Shown here: piece by piece, positions 1 to 16,044 of the stretch | Numbering within the stretch: the stretch's first letter is position 1 | How the letters are laid out: every line of letters starts with the position of its first letter | Assembly: GCF_009914755.1 (NCBI RefSeq) | Contig: NC_060928.1 | Origin: the human T2T-CHM13v2.0 reference genome, Homo sapiens | Reading direction: 5' to 3' (one strand) | DNA length: 64,000 nt | Notes under the pieces: generated by a model | What the model saw: only the letters and a program-made list of their open reading frames with translations | The model's database searches: none | Told to the model about the DNA's origin: nothing | Made by a program: the position numbers and the translations under genes

Positions 1-114
1 TCACAGCATGTGAGACCATTTTCACACTCATAATTTTCTCCAGAATTGATTTGTCCGGTATAGGCACTTCCCTGGGAGGCAGTTGAGTCCACTTGTTTTT
101 TTGTGCAGTTTCTA

Positions 115-320
115 GAATCAGTCTGCCTGGGTTCAGTCTAGACTCACTACCAGCTATAGGGCTTGGCTAAGTTCATAAAATTCATTATTCTCATCTGTAA
201 AATATACATCATAAAATACCTATCTCAGAATAGTTGTTAACAATACATGAAATAATGTTTCTAGAATGCTTACACAGTACCTGTCCATATATAAAGCAGT
301 TAATAAATATTAGCTATTGA
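115..320 (+). mobile_element. MIR SINE, diverged
   Basis: MIR core-like 'ttctcatctgtaaaat...aatacctatctcagaatagttgt...aataaatattagctatt'. Confidence 0.65.
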
Positions 321-327
321 TGTTACT

Positions 328-347
328 ATCATCATCATCATCATCAT
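328..347. repeat. (ATC)n microsatellite
   Basis: atcatcatcatcatcatcat at the MIR tail. Confidence 0.9.
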
Positions 348-1284
348 TTGTACCATCTTTGTCCATCAGGATACATTAACACAGCAGTTTAGAAGTTAAG
401 ATCTATAATATATACTTTATTAATTGTATAATGAAGGGAATAATAGATGATCAGCCCATGTAAGATTTACAGGGAGGTGCTTTTCGTTGGTCATGCTAAC
501 TTCAGAGCAGAAAATAACTTGTTTTCACTTGTCACCTATGCTGTCAAACATTGAACTTATTACATGGAAAGATTTCAGAACAATACTCTCCTTTGTAGTA
601 TGTCTTTTCTCTTTGTTTACATTACTTTTCTGGGCTCCTTCAGAGTTTATCAAAATGGTTATGATGACAGCCAAGGAGACTTGAAGAATTCTCTTTGCAA
701 AACCGGCTACCCCAGAGACAGCACTGGTTTTCTGGTTTCTCAGCACCAGTTGAAGGGAGAACTATTGGAGTTGAATTCCTTGAGTTCTATTCTCACATCT
801 ACTCTTATTAACTGAAGGCTTTTGTATTTGTGATGCAATTCAATATATGGAACCAGGTAGTCCATATTCAGACTATCTCATGTGCACAAACTCAGGAAAA
901 TTTCCATTATACCAACTAGAGGAGAAGAAACTTTAGGGGAAAAAACAAATGAGTAAAAATATAATTTGAATATTTACATTTTTGGTGTTTACAGCAATGT
1001 GTTTTAAAAGCCTATTTTTTTGCCCTTGATATATTAAATATTTCATAGCCATTTGTTACTTGTTCTCTTTTAGGTTTTTTTTTTTTTTTTTGCTATTCAA
1101 TTTTCATGTCTTCTCTTCTTTAGCTTTATCTTGCCTAAATCCAGCTGCTTCTCGTTTTTTAGAGCTGTCACCATATGTTCATTCATTTGGTGACTATTTA
1201 TCAATTATAAACTATGAAATTACAATTTTAGAGTGTTTTGATCACTTTTTATGTACAAGGAAGCAATCCAGATACAAAAATTAG

Positions 1285-1610
1285 TGTTCTCACTTTCTGA
1301 AATTTGGCTTTTTTCTTTTAGCATAATATTTTCCAGGTTCATTCATGTTGTAACATGCTATCAGTACTTTGTTTCTTCTTTTGTTGAAAAATATTCCATT
1401 GTATTAATATAACACTTTTTAAAATCCATTTGTCGGTTGATGGACATATGGGTTGTTTACACTTTTTGGTTATTATAAATAATGCTGCTCTGAATATTCA
1501 TTTACAAGTGTTTTTGTAGCCATATGTTTTCATTTCTCTTGAGCATACACCTAGGAGTGGAGTGACTGTGTCATATGGTAACTGTATGTTTAACCTTTTG
1601 AGGAACTATG
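1285..1610 (-). mobile_element. Old L1 (L1MB-like) fragment, ORF2 3' end/3'UTR
   Basis: antisense L1M motifs 'ttgatggacatatgggttgttt...aataatgctgct...cctaggagtgg...tcatatggtaact'. Confidence 0.8.
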
Positions 1611-1693
1611 CCGATCATTTTTATTCAATTTCAATCTAATTTAAAACTCAAGCCTCACACTTGGTTTAAATCTCATCTGCGTCCCTCCACACC

Positions 1694-1759
1694 CTGTGTA
1701 TGTGTTTGTGTGTGTGGTGGGGGGGGAGGGTGATGGAGAGAGAGAGAGAGAGAGAGAGA
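1694..1759. repeat. Compound (TG)n-G-run-(GA)n simple repeat
   Basis: tgtgtatgtgtttgtgtgtgtggtggggggggagg...gagagagagagagagagaga. Confidence 0.9.
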
Positions 1760-4700
1760 CCTAGGCAGAGAAACCATGAGCTGGATAATCTTTCCTTGTC
1801 TTTGAAGTCTCTGTTACTGAGAACTGGTGAGAACAGGTGAGCAAAGACAAATGAATCTCTGCCTAAGAGCCTATTGCTGTTGGGGACTACATGTCCATAT
1901 TGGTTGTTTCTGCCTTTCTGGCTAATTTGTGGCTGTTGATGACCATCTCGACTTCCCAGATGTTAAATATGACAAAAATAACCTATCTTGTCCTTTTTCT
2001 TCACCTTTCAGCTCTCAGAATTGGCAGTACACCCCACAGCTTCTTGCTAAAGTCCTATCACCTGGGGACCCACTTTTCATTATTTCACATGAACTCACTA
2101 GAAATCCATACATGGTTGCCATGACAAATATGGTATTGCAGGCCCCTCCACATGGCCCCAAAATTTTCTTTGCTCTACGAACTTTTTCCAGTTCTTTTGT
2201 CTATTACTCAAGGATAAGTGCAAAGCAGCCTCAGCACGTGACAAACTGAGGCAAGAACTCCCAGTCTCTCCAGTAGCCAGTGACTGCTGGAGTTTTATCT
2301 TCCTTGACTCAAGGGAGTTATGGACTCTCCTTTCAGATGTTTTGCCTGTAGCCGGAAGGGGAGGACAGATAGTGGTTCTGGCCACAGTGATCGTATCTGA
2401 CTGGGTTTGGTTCTATTCTGTTGTTCTGTTGTCTCGTAGAAGAGTAAGGCACTTAGTACCTCTTCATTTTAGCTTTTAGATTCCAGCAACCTGTCAGAGA
2501 CAATAGAATAATTCCTATTTAACATCTCATTACAAAAACCTATGTTATACTCTTATATTTTTGAAACTACAGCTTATAAATCAAATGTACCTACTTTTTA
2601 TTGTCCCAGATAAGTGGAACTAATATTTTCTCATCAAAGAATTTTTCCACAATTGTAAAAATCCTTCCTGTTTCTGATTTCTTATGATTATTAACTTGAA
2701 ATAATATTCTATACTGCTTATGAGCTAGGTACCTTGCCATATACACAAATATGATTTTAATATTTTAAAATATTAAAGTACTAAAATATAGCATAATAAG
2801 CATTACATATATTTTAACTTATGATAAATTATTTCTCTTCTGACTTATTGTTTATGTTCATGTCACGTAGTTAGAAAAGATTAATAGAATCAATTCTATT
2901 TATTAGCAGAATCCTTAACTCATCTTTGTGAACCTGAATTTCTACTTAAACATGTTTTTCTAGATATGGGATTACAGATGCTTAAATAATATGTAATTCT
3001 TCACTCATGTTTAGAAATAAAATAGTGCAGATAAACTTGTTCTACTTTGTGGCCAATCCTGAGAAAATTTAAGATAAAGAATTGAATCTATGGATAAGAG
3101 CTCACTGACTTAGACATGAGTTGTAAATGCTGTAGTACTGGCCTTGCTTGAAGGGTGCATTGATTATTTGAATAAACCAACGTAGCTCTAACTTAACTGT
3201 GTTTTTTAACATTCATAATCTTCTCCAGGGAAGGCAGAAAACATTAGCAGTAAGATTCTAGTACAATTTTTGAACAGTTTTTCAGTGCTAAATTTCTGTG
3301 TCTATTTTGAAACTTTTCCTAGTTTCTTTTAAATTCCAGTATTTAACAGTTACATTTTCTCTAGATTTTAAAGGAGATTTTCTACCTGTCAATTTCTGTT
3401 TTATACATATATAAAATACATGTGGTGGTAAATAAGCCAAAGGTACTTTTGGGTTATGGACTTTATTCTTCTATTAATGAGTTGCGTTACCTTGTATTAG
3501 TCCCTTCTTTCTGTACTTCCTCTATCAAATGAAGAGAAGAAGCTGATGGCTTCAGAGTTGTTATTTAATCCCAGGTTTCTAGAAGTTTTGTGTAGCCCCA
3601 CAAAAGTTCCTGCTTTTTAAAAATTAAGTTATCATAATTCTTTCAATGAGCTAATACTTTGTTTCCCAAGTCATTGAATTTGCCTATGAAATTTGCATTG
3701 CAATATCCAAAGATATTTTGGAAATGAGACACTCGATCTTTAGAGTATCCTATGGGAAAATGAGCAGTAATTCCATTTTCAACCTATGAGAAGATTTGTA
3801 AATATTCTGTTTTCTATCTTAGCCTGAATTTTGAATATTGAAGTAAAAATCTTGAAGCCAGTTTTAGTCATTACCACAAATAATGACACTATGGCTTATC
3901 TAAAATACATTTTCAAAAATGACTCTTTAAAGAATCATCATTTTACATGCAATTTTGATAAATATAGTGTTTATTTAAGATGTTATCTCCGTTTTTGACT
4001 CTTTAAACTGCTTGAGAATATTTTAAAGATATGGACAATCAGACTGCTCCCTTTAAAGCCCTTTCCATCCAAAATTATGAGATACAAAACGCATGAGATA
4101 GAAAACTTGGCTGGATTTTTAAAACATTAGACTGTAGTTTACTGCTTGAAATTGTATGAGTAATTCATTTTTCAATGAATTATGTTTACAAAGATATGCC
4201 TACAGAGACTGTAACACTCTTTATGTCAATATCCAAAAAGTGTACAATGGGGTTGATTTAAATGTCAGATACTTTAATCGTTCAACTCTTACTATTACAC
4301 AACCTAGTATTACCGGGGGAAAAAAACCTGCAAAAACATTTATGGATCTCAGGTAATGGTCTGAATTGAAAAGTTTCAACATATTTTTCACTAAGCTATT
4401 TCAAATTATATAATTTGATTTTATCTTAGAAGTAATAATTTAAGAAGCAATATTTGTTGTCTTTCCAAGTTTATGTGTCTCTGATTACTTTATGTGGCTG
4501 GTCGGAAACTGCACTTTTGTTTCTGACCTGTTGTTTCCTTTAATATTCTGGATTGAGAAACAGGAGTTGTGCGGTGCTTCCCTGGGGACTTACATTATGT
4601 TGCATTCCACACAGCTGATACTCTTCTAGCTTTCCTGTTTTGATGTCTGTCAAAAAATTTGAAAATTTTTGATTTTTTCTAGTAAAATGCATTAGCAATA

Positions 4701-4949
4701 TTACTGAGCTCAGAAATTAAAATAACAAGTTTTCTTGTCTAGTGTAACTAACTCAAACTATTCCTCAGTTTCAAATATTTTCTTAGAGTGACAATTAAAG
4801 ATGGTTTAGCTAATAAAAATTAAAGATGTATTTTAATAAGTAATCCTTCACTCTATTGTGGCTTTCCAGGAAGATGAAAAAGGGTAAATGTTTATTATGA
4901 ACTGTTATGTCTTATGTGTTCAGTACTCTATTTATATTATTATTCTATT

Positions 4950-6185
<1,236 letters not shown>

Positions 6186-8194
6186 AAAAAATCTATATCC
6201 CAAGGCTAGCAATTGGCAAAACGAGGCATACAGTGAAAAATATAGGTATAAAAATAAGTCCAGGAAGGAAAAAATAAATATTCTGTAGATATGGGCAGGA
6301 TCCAAACTAGTGCCAAAAGGTGTTTTTACTACATTTTTTTATCAGGGAGAAAAAAGAAGGAACTTCATTCCTACTTTAATAAATAAGAATACAGCTTGTC
6401 ATATCCCTGCTGAAGAACCCTATCCTCTTTGAAATCATGACAATTTAGAGGCATCCTGGGGGTTCTAGTAATTATGTTAATAACTCTTAAGTTTTGCTTA
6501 GAGGTCCTAGGAGAAGGCATATTGGCCTTCTGTAGACCATGCTTGGTTGTTTACTAAGAATACTCAAAGAGTGTGTATGCAAGATGAATTGTAGAGCTTG
6601 CTAAAACCCATCTACTTATATCTAATCCTCATTTTTTTTGCAATAATTCATGAAATAGCCTCTTTTAGCTCTATGGGCATTTGCAGGTGGTTCCCACTTT
6701 TAGTTGTTTCACATTACATCACTCTGATCCATCAATGCCATGCAATATAAACCTGAGTTTTGTTTCTACCTGCCTTTATCAACTCATACAATGAAAAAGA
6801 TTTGTTAACAAAAGCAGATGTATTCCTTCTGTTTTTGACACAAGACAAAAGTGATTCAGAGCAGTAGCTGATGATTGTGACTAAATTATGGTACATAAAA
6901 TGGAAATGGCTAATCAGGAAATGTGCCATGGACTGTCTTCTTGGGCATGGGACAGAGAACTGAGAAGAGTGTGGCTATCAAGCCTGCCTCTGGCACTCAC
7001 CACTCACTTTTGTGGAATCCTGTTGAATCCACCTCTGGTGTTTTAAGTCCTAGAGAGAAACCTGGGGGAATCTGTGGGAGAGGTACTCTTCTTAACTCTA
7101 TTTCCATTTAAGGGTTATAACAAAATGGCTATGGGACTTGAATACCTGTTGATGTGATGATGTTGAAGAATAGATTTTGGACATTTCTGTCAAATAATAA
7201 AATAATTTTTATAATTTCATGGAATTGAGTAGATGGAAGATGTTCGTTCTTGCTTTCATTTTCCTTATTCCATCTCCAAGGAAAGGAAAGTCTGCTTTTG
7301 TAAGTTAGGCTTCAGAGCTTTTTCACTAGTCACTGTTTTACTGGTGGCTTACAGTAATGTATTAAAAGTCCAGTCTGGAGCATGCTGAGACATTAGTCTC
7401 TTTTTCCTACCTTTGGTTCCCCAGGGACTACTATCCAGAAGGGAAAAGTGCCAATTATCTCTTTATCCTTTGCATCTAGTTGGTTCGTGGTCACATGTAT
7501 AAAATACTTGGTCCAGATCTCTCATTGGAGCAACAATTTCTGACTCCTGGAATCCCTCCAATTTTCTAGTCCTTTTTTGTATATCAGCATCTCCCTTGAT
7601 TTTTAACTATTTTTCTCCATTCTCTCTCTCAGAAAATGATTGCAGGAGCATTTGCCCCACTCTGGGAAGGTCAAGTGGATGCCTCTTGTTATCGCTCTTT
7701 CTTTTTTTCCCCCCTCTCTTTCTTGTTCTTGCTCATATTCTTTTAGCCAATTGCTATGGTGAGGCATTACATCCCAGTGGAGTGGTAAGAATGGAGACTT
7801 GGATTTGGGATTTGAAATAGAGTAAGTAAGATTCTGTGATTCAAGACCACATACACTTAGCATGCATAGGGAAAAGGAATCTTTGTTCATACTTTCTTAC
7901 CAGAGATCTACGAAGCAGCTTTGGCCCAAAGCCTGCATCAATAATAAAGTGCTTGGGAGCTTGTTTTACTACCTGTGAATACAGTTTCATGGTGACATGT
8001 GATTGGTTGAATAAGAGACTCAGATATTCAATCATAATACTATTTTGGTGGTATGCTAATCCCTATATTTCAAACAGAATGAAGCTTGAATATCTACGAT
8101 GTTACATCTATCATTTGATAGAAAAGGAAGCTGAGGGTCAGAGAAGATTATAATTCGTATAAGGGATTCTCAGGCTTAATAAAGTTGAGAATTG

Positions 8195-8563
<369 letters not shown>

Positions 8564-9309
8564 TCAAAGCCAGGTCTTCTGCTATAAGCACTGAAACTAA
8601 AGAATAGGCCACAACCCAATATGTGTTCTCTTTTCTCAAAATGGTAGATTGATGAATTCTCTATTGGAATTTTAAAAAGTACTCATAGAAACTTCTATAA
8701 GTATCTATGTTACTTTTATGTAGTCAAACAGTGCCTTGTGTTATTAATAGTCATGTTTAGTTTGTCTTTCTAATCACATTGACCCCAAGTGGTATTCCTT
8801 AATTGACCCAACAGAACAGAGGTAAATTAATACAGAGAAATATTACATTCTCATAAAGAGAAGGCCGAATGATGTCGCCATTACAGTACTGTCTGAACAA
8901 AAGTTCCCCAGTAGTTAGAATAGAAATAAGTTGTGGCTTCAGTTGCCCCTGTGCTATAATAGTTAGTAGTTACTTCATGTTGTGTGTGATCATCCTTTTA
9001 AAAGAAAAAAGCATCATCTAGCAGATCACATGAATGTTGATTTTAACATGTAATGATGTTTAAATTTTATTAGTATTTTAGTTTGTTCAGTATAGGCTTG
9101 TGAATTTGGGTGGGGGGCTTATGTTGATATATTATTTTATTACCATAAAAATATTTAACTTGACTTTTACAGCCAGTGAGTTTTTTTCTTTAGAAGTATA
9201 CACTTTAGTCAAATTGACAAATAGTGGTCTAATCATGCTGTGTTTTAATAAATGAAATAAGTGCAGTTCCATCAATCCCTTGGACTTGATAGACTAGGAC
9301 TCTTGGCTT

Positions 9310-9665
9310 CCTTTCTTCTTCATTCCTTCCATCCTTCTTTCCTTCTGCATTTATTCATGAATAGATTTATGCATGTGATATATCCCAGGTATGCTTGATC
9401 TAAAACAAGTCACTGCTCTTGTGAAGCTCGATTATGATGGGGGAGACAGCCATTTAACAAGTAAGGAAAGTAACCTACTATGAGGAAAATAGAGAACTAG
9501 ACAGACAATACTGGTGCAGTGGTGGTCATGATAGTAGGGCCTATTTAGACAGAAAGGAAGGGAAGGTCACATTTAAATTGAGATCTAAAGAAGAAAGAAG
9601 ACTGTCATGCAAAGAGAAGGAAGGAAGGATATGCTGGGCTGAGGGGATAACATGCAGAGGGAAAA
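9310..9665 (-). mobile_element. L2 LINE fragment
   Basis: antisense L2 3' end 'ttcattccttcc...atttattcatgaatagatttat...ggaaggtcacatttaaattgagatctaaag'. Confidence 0.65.
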
Positions 9666-11707
9666 CAGGCCTGTGGGCTGGTAACCTCATCACCAAGGGA
9701 TTTCTCAGTCATCCCTGCCTTTATCTTGAACACACTGTCAGCCTCACCAAGAGGCAGAGTTGCTTTTCTTGATCAGCCAGTCACTAAATGCTATGCATGC
9801 ACATGATTGGGTTCTTCACAGAAGCCTGCTGTTGCTTTTTAATTGTTGACGTTTTGTGCTTGCTAAATGCTTCTTGCTGCCTTTTAATGTAATAGTTTTC
9901 ATTTGTTGTTTTAAGAGAAAATAAAAGCATGTTTCATGCCTTTCTGCCCTTCCATGATTCCCTTCTTCATTCTCTGCCCAGCCTGGAGGATGGGGGTGGA
10001 AATTAGTGGCTTTCTCATCTGAATTCTGAGTCCTGCAAATATCTGTTTGATAGCACTTTTCATGTAAGGTCGCTATTAGCTCGCCTGTCTTATTGTGACC
10101 CCTTGAGTCCAGGGACCCTCTCATATAGCACATTGTGTGCACACAGTATGCACTCAATTAATGTCTATGGACTGAAGAAGTACCATAAATTCATTTTGGA
10201 CGTGGGCATCTGATTCTTTAAAGTGTAATGATGATAAGAAATTCATTACAGAGAAGTATATATTATTGACTTCTACTTTTCTTTCTGAGATAGTTTTAAA
10301 TAAGTAATTAAGAGTTTAAAATAAACAAAATTTTTATTTGATTTCTAAGATTTCAACAATTTTAGTATTTTATTATCAATACAAAGTTTCTAACATGCAT
10401 AGGAAGAGTATGAAGACAGTTATTGTTGAAGACTTTGTACCCTGAATACTAAACCACTCTTTCTGCTCCATGAAGTTTCTAATTTAATGTTGAACTGACT
10501 TGAAATGGAGAAGCATAAAAAGTTGGCTCCTCTCTAAAGGCCATCAGATAATATTCTCAGAGGTAAATCACCTGCAAGGTGAAACTTGTAGGTGAAGACA
10601 ACTTTGTAAAATAAATTGCATTGGGCCTCAGAGATGTGGGCATATAATGAATAGAGATTCTGTAAACTTCACCACCTCCTTATAGTTTTGCAGAGTGAAG
10701 CTTCTGTGGGTATTTGCATGTAGGTGAATTATGTCTGATAACAAACAGAATTGTGATCTGGCCGATGTCAGAGTCCTAGCAGTGGATTTTAGTCCTAACT
10801 GCCACCTAAAGCCTGGCCAGTTAATGACTCTGGATCCTCATTTTCTCATCTTAAACCAATAGAAGATTGCATTGGGTTGACATCTAATGTTTCTTTTAGC
10901 TTGAAATTTTGATAGTTCTTGAAATGTATATTTTATTCATATGTCATTCATTATTTTAGCCTTTTAACACACATATACAAAACAAAAACAAACAAAAAAC
11001 ACAACTTGCCAGAGGATAGGAGATGGTAGGCCTGATTGACTTGACTAGGGACAGGAATTTTTATTTGTTACAATTAATATTTGAGTAAGTTCTTTTTCTC
11101 ATGTAATCATGGTAGTGACCATTTTGGGACCATGCCTGAAAACTTACTAGGTAATTAATGAGTCTGGTTCCTGTTAATATCTTCTACATCTCCGGCCAGA
11201 GATATATTTTTTGTTTCCTTCGCTTCCCAATATCAAGCTATCCTTTGGGTCCTTTCTTTTGAAACTAATAATTCCTCTTGGGATATAGCTAGAGAGATCT
11301 CTTTGGCTGGAGCATCTGCCATTAGGTCAAAATACTTTAATAAATATGTGCAGTACATACTAATCCTATATGTTAAAGAATTCTTTCAAAATAGATTCAA
11401 GAGTTTAAAAATAAAATATGGATTTTTTATTTTACAAAATAATTCCTTCTTAATTATAAGTCTGGAAGTTGGATCTGATATTTTTCAAAGCCATTGCTGC
11501 ACATTGCAAATTTTCATGCCATCCACATTTTTGTTTGACTAATTACTACTATGTGCATTTTGCATGTTAATTTAGATTATCCCTCTTTTAGAAGAAAAGG
11601 AAATTGTTCTTAAAGTAATACTTACTGTGTAATCACAAGACAGTGAATTCGTAACACAAAGATGCTAATGTTTAGCAAATGATTGTTTAATGTAAATGAA
11701 ATGTTAA

Positions 11708-12228
<521 letters not shown>

Positions 12229-12598
12229 CTTTCCTTCTTTTTCTAATTAAAATAAACACTCATTGAGTACTTTCTGTCTGCCGTGGTTTTCCTCCAAAAG
12301 AACATACTTTATAGTAAAACTAATTTTACTACTGAAAACTCCCCAAAACTTTCATCAAAATTATTATTGTACTTTTAAGTAGACTGAAATATCTGTTTAT
12401 TTAAAATTTAACATAAGGATCTTCACTTTTTAAAGAAATTTGTCATGACTTTTAAAAATATGTACAGGAAAAAAATAAAGAGTAGTCAAATATAAATTAA
12501 AACCATCAGTCTTAGTTTTCATATTTGCAAAATGAAAGGCTGTACAAAAATTATTTATAATGCCTTTCCCATGCAGCACTAACCTGTAAAATCTGCTG

Positions 12599-12600
<2 letters not shown>

Positions 12601-12629
<29 letters not shown>

Positions 12630-12912
12630 GAGATGGAGTTTTGCTCTTGTAGCCCAGGCTGGTGTGCAATGGCACAATTTCAACTCACTGCAACCTCTGC
12701 CTCCCGGGTTCAAGCAATTCTTCTGCCTCAGGAACCTGAGTATCTGGGACTACAGGCATGGCGCCACCATGCCTGGCTAATTATTGTATTTTTAGTAGAA
12801 ATGAGGCTTCACCGCTTTGGCCAGGCTGCTCTGGAACTCTTGACCTCAGGTGATCCACACAACTCAGCCTCCCAAAGTGCTGGGATTACAGGCGTGAGCC
12901 ACCATGCCCGAC
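12601..12912 (-). mobile_element. AluSp/Sq-like
   Basis: antisense Alu, long T run, diagnostic 'gagttttgctcttgt...gcaatggc'. Confidence 0.93.
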
Positions 12913-13120
12913 TAGATCTGCCTTTTTAACAGATTTTCTTGCATGGTTGGGGGATTGGTAATCACATATCTACCAATGCTCATCTGCTTTCTACTTTTAT
13001 CAGAAACACACATTTCCATCACATTTAGTTTGGAATTAGGGAGTGAGTCTGGGAAACAAGAATAGCAAAGTGTAATACTGCAGTGCTCAACTCTAATGTC
13101 AACATACTCTTGTGTCAGAC

Positions 13121-13215
13121 TTAGTCATTAGTTACAAGTCACAGTCATTAGTTACAAGTCACAAGCCATTAGTCACAAGTCACATAAATTCACAAGTCAT
13201 TAGTTAAAGTATTAG
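13121..13215. repeat. ~20-bp minisatellite (agtcattagttacaagtcac), about 4 degenerate copies
   Basis: direct reading. Confidence 0.85.
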
Positions 13216-13369
13216 CTTGAGAAAGATTTACTTTTTATAAATTGCAGCGGCTCAAGATTATCCCTGTAATACTCACGTGCACTCTGACATTTTCTTCATT
13301 GCAAGGGAAAAGGAGGGAAGTGGATTTAGAGTTCTGGGAAGTGAGGGTAAGTCAAAACTATGTCAAAGG

Positions 13370-13465
13370 ATTCTTGTGAGGATTAAATGAGATGCTATGT
13401 ATGAAGCACTTAGCATGGTACCTGGCATACAGAAAATATGATGTAAATGTTTGTTAATAGTATTA
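13370..13465 (+). mobile_element. MIR 3' fragment
   Basis: 'ttgtgaggattaaatgagatgctatgtatgaagcacttagcatggtacctggcatac'. Confidence 0.8.
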
Positions 13466-13716
13466 CCATACCACAGCCAACCAACCACACTCCCCACACC
13501 ACCACAATAACAAATTTTTGTTATTGTTAGCATACTACCAATTATGTGTATCATGGCAGAAGGGAAAGCAATTTTGAAAACCTCTGGCTCTATAATCTGA
13601 CCCGTGACCTTGGGCTGGATTTGTCAGATGTGACTCCCACCGTTCCTTCCCTCTTAAAGCAGACTTGCCTATTTTGTCCTAGCACTCCTTCCCCACTGGC
13701 CTGACAAAGAACTTTG

Positions 13717-16044
13717 TTTTCTCTAACTTTTAATTTTTGTGGGTGCATAGTAGAAATATAGATTTATAGGGTACATGAGCTATTTTGATACAAGTTTACA
13801 AGATGAATGCTTCTCTGATGATCAATGATGTTGAGCACCTTTTCATATAACTGTTTGCCATTTGTATGTCTTCTTTTTGGAAATGCCTATTCAGATTTTT
13901 TGCCCACATTTTAATTGGATTATTAGATTTGTCTCTATTGAGTTATTTGAGCTCCTTATATATTCTGGTTTAATAATTCTGGTGTAATAATTACATCAGC
14001 TTAAATGGTGTATCCATAACCTCAACATTTATCCTGTCTTTGTGTTACAAACAATCTAATTATACTCTTTTAGTTATTTTAAAATTTACAGTTAAATTAT
14101 TATTGACTATAGTCACCTCTTGTCTTATCAAATACTATGCCTTATTCATTCTATCTGACTATATTTTTGGACACATTAACCATCTCCACTTCCCTGACCC
14201 CACTATCCTCCCCAGTCTCTAGTAACCAGTCATTCTACTGTCTTATCTCCATGAGTTCAATTGTTTTAATTTTTAACTACCACATATAAGAGAGAATATG
14301 CAAGAAAAGTTTGTCTTTCTGTTCCTGGCTTATTTCACTTAACATAATGAACTCCAGTTCCATCCATGTTGTTCCAAATGAAAGGATGTCATTCTTTTTA
14401 AAGGCTGAATAGTACTTCATTGCATACCACATTTTCTTTATCTATTCAACTGTTGATGGGCACTTAGGTTCCTTCCAATTCTTGGCTATTGTGAACAGTG
14501 CAATAAACATGGGGGGTGCAGATATCTCTTTGTATACCTAGCAATGGGATTAACGGATCATATGGTAGCTTTATTTTTAGTTTTTTAGGAACCTCCAAAC
14601 TGTTCTCCATAGTGATTGTACTAATTTACATTCCCACCAATGGCATATGAGGGTTCCTTTTTCTCCACATTCTCATCACCATTTGTTATTGCCTGTCTTT
14701 TGGATAAAAGCCAATTTAACTGGTGAGATGATATCTCATTGTAGTTTTGATTTGTACTTCTCTGATGATCAATGATGTTGAGCACCTTTTCATATAACTG
14801 TTTGCCATTTGTATGTCTTCTTTTGGGAAATGCCTATTCAGGTATTTTTTGCCTGCATTTTAATTGGATTATTAGATTTTTCTCTATTGAGTTATTTGAG
14901 CTGCTTATATATTCTGGTTATTAACCCCTTGTCAGATAAGTGGTTTGCAAATATTTTCCCCCATTCTGTGGGTTGTCTCTTCACTTTGTTGATTGTATCC
15001 TTTGCTGTGCAGAAGCCTTTTAACTTGATGTGACCCCATTTGTCCATTGTTGTTTTGGTTGCCTATCCTTGTGGGATACTACTCAAGAATTATTTGCCCA
15101 GTCCAATGTCCTGGAGAGTTTCCCCAATACTTCTTTTAGTAGTTTCATAGTTTGAAGTCTTATACTTAAATCCTAATCCATTTTGATTTGATTTGTATAC
15201 GGTGAGATATGGGGGTCCAGTTTCATTATTTTGCATATGAATATCCAATTTTCCCAGAATGATTTATTGAAGAGACTGTCCTTTCCCCAATGTATGTTCT
15301 CAACACCTTTGTCAAAAAGGAGCTCACTGTTGATGTGTGGATTTGTTTATGGGTTCTTTATTCTGTTACACTGGTCTATATGTCTGCTTTTATGCCAGTA
15401 CTATGCTCTCTTAGTTACAATAGCTTTGTGGTATAATTTGAAGTCAGGTTATGTGATTCTTCCAGTTTTGTTCTTTGTGCTCAGAATAGCTTTGGCTATT
15501 CCGGGTCTTTTGTGATTCTGTATAAATTTGGGGATTTTTTTTCTATTTCTGTGAAGAATGTCACTGGTATTTTTATAGGGATTGCATTGAATCTGTAGAT
15601 TGCTTTGGGTAGTATGGACATTTTAGCGATTTTGATTCTTCCATTCTGTGAATATGGGATCTTTCCTTTTTTTAATATCCTCTTTCATTTCTTTCAGCAG
15701 TATTTTATAGTTTTTATTGTAGAAATCTTTCACTTTTTTGCTTAAGTTAATTCATAGGTATTTTATTTTATTTATAACTATTGTAAATAGGCTTAATTTC
15801 TTGATTTCTTTTTCTGATTTTTCACTATTGGCATACAGAAACAGAACTGATTTTTGTTTGTTGATTTTGTATCCTGCACCTTTACTGAATTTGTTTATTA
15901 GTTCTGATAGTTTTTTGGTGGAGTCTTTGTTTCTCCAAACATAAGAGCATATCATCTATAAACAAGGATAATTTGACTTCTTCCTTTCCAATTTGGTCGC
16001 CCCTTATTTCTTTCTCTTGTCTGATCGCTGTAACTAGGACTTCC
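13717..16044 (-). mobile_element. 5'-truncated L1MA2/3-like LINE-1 (~2.3 kb)
   Basis: L1MA 3'UTR at the left end; ORF2 RT remnants ([21 protein letters not shown]); candidate TSD agaactttg at 13708-13716 and 16045-16053. Confidence 0.9.

Noticed and set aside
564-815. ORF of 83 aa with an internal acceptor-like site (ccttcag at 643)
   Set aside because: No recognisable protein motif, no convincing in-frame donor and no partner exons.
4156-4356. ORF of 66 aa / possible 159-nt exon ending at cag|gtaatg
   Set aside because: Weak acceptor, unrecognised peptide and isolated position.
4594-4646. Minus-strand 53-nt exon-like segment (ttttttgacag| ... aat|gtaagt)
   Set aside because: Isolated; such site pairs arise by chance in 64 kb.
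13121-13215. Repeat-spacer (CRISPR-like) appearance
   Set aside because: Units are adjacent without unique spacers, the context is eukaryotic and no cas genes are present.
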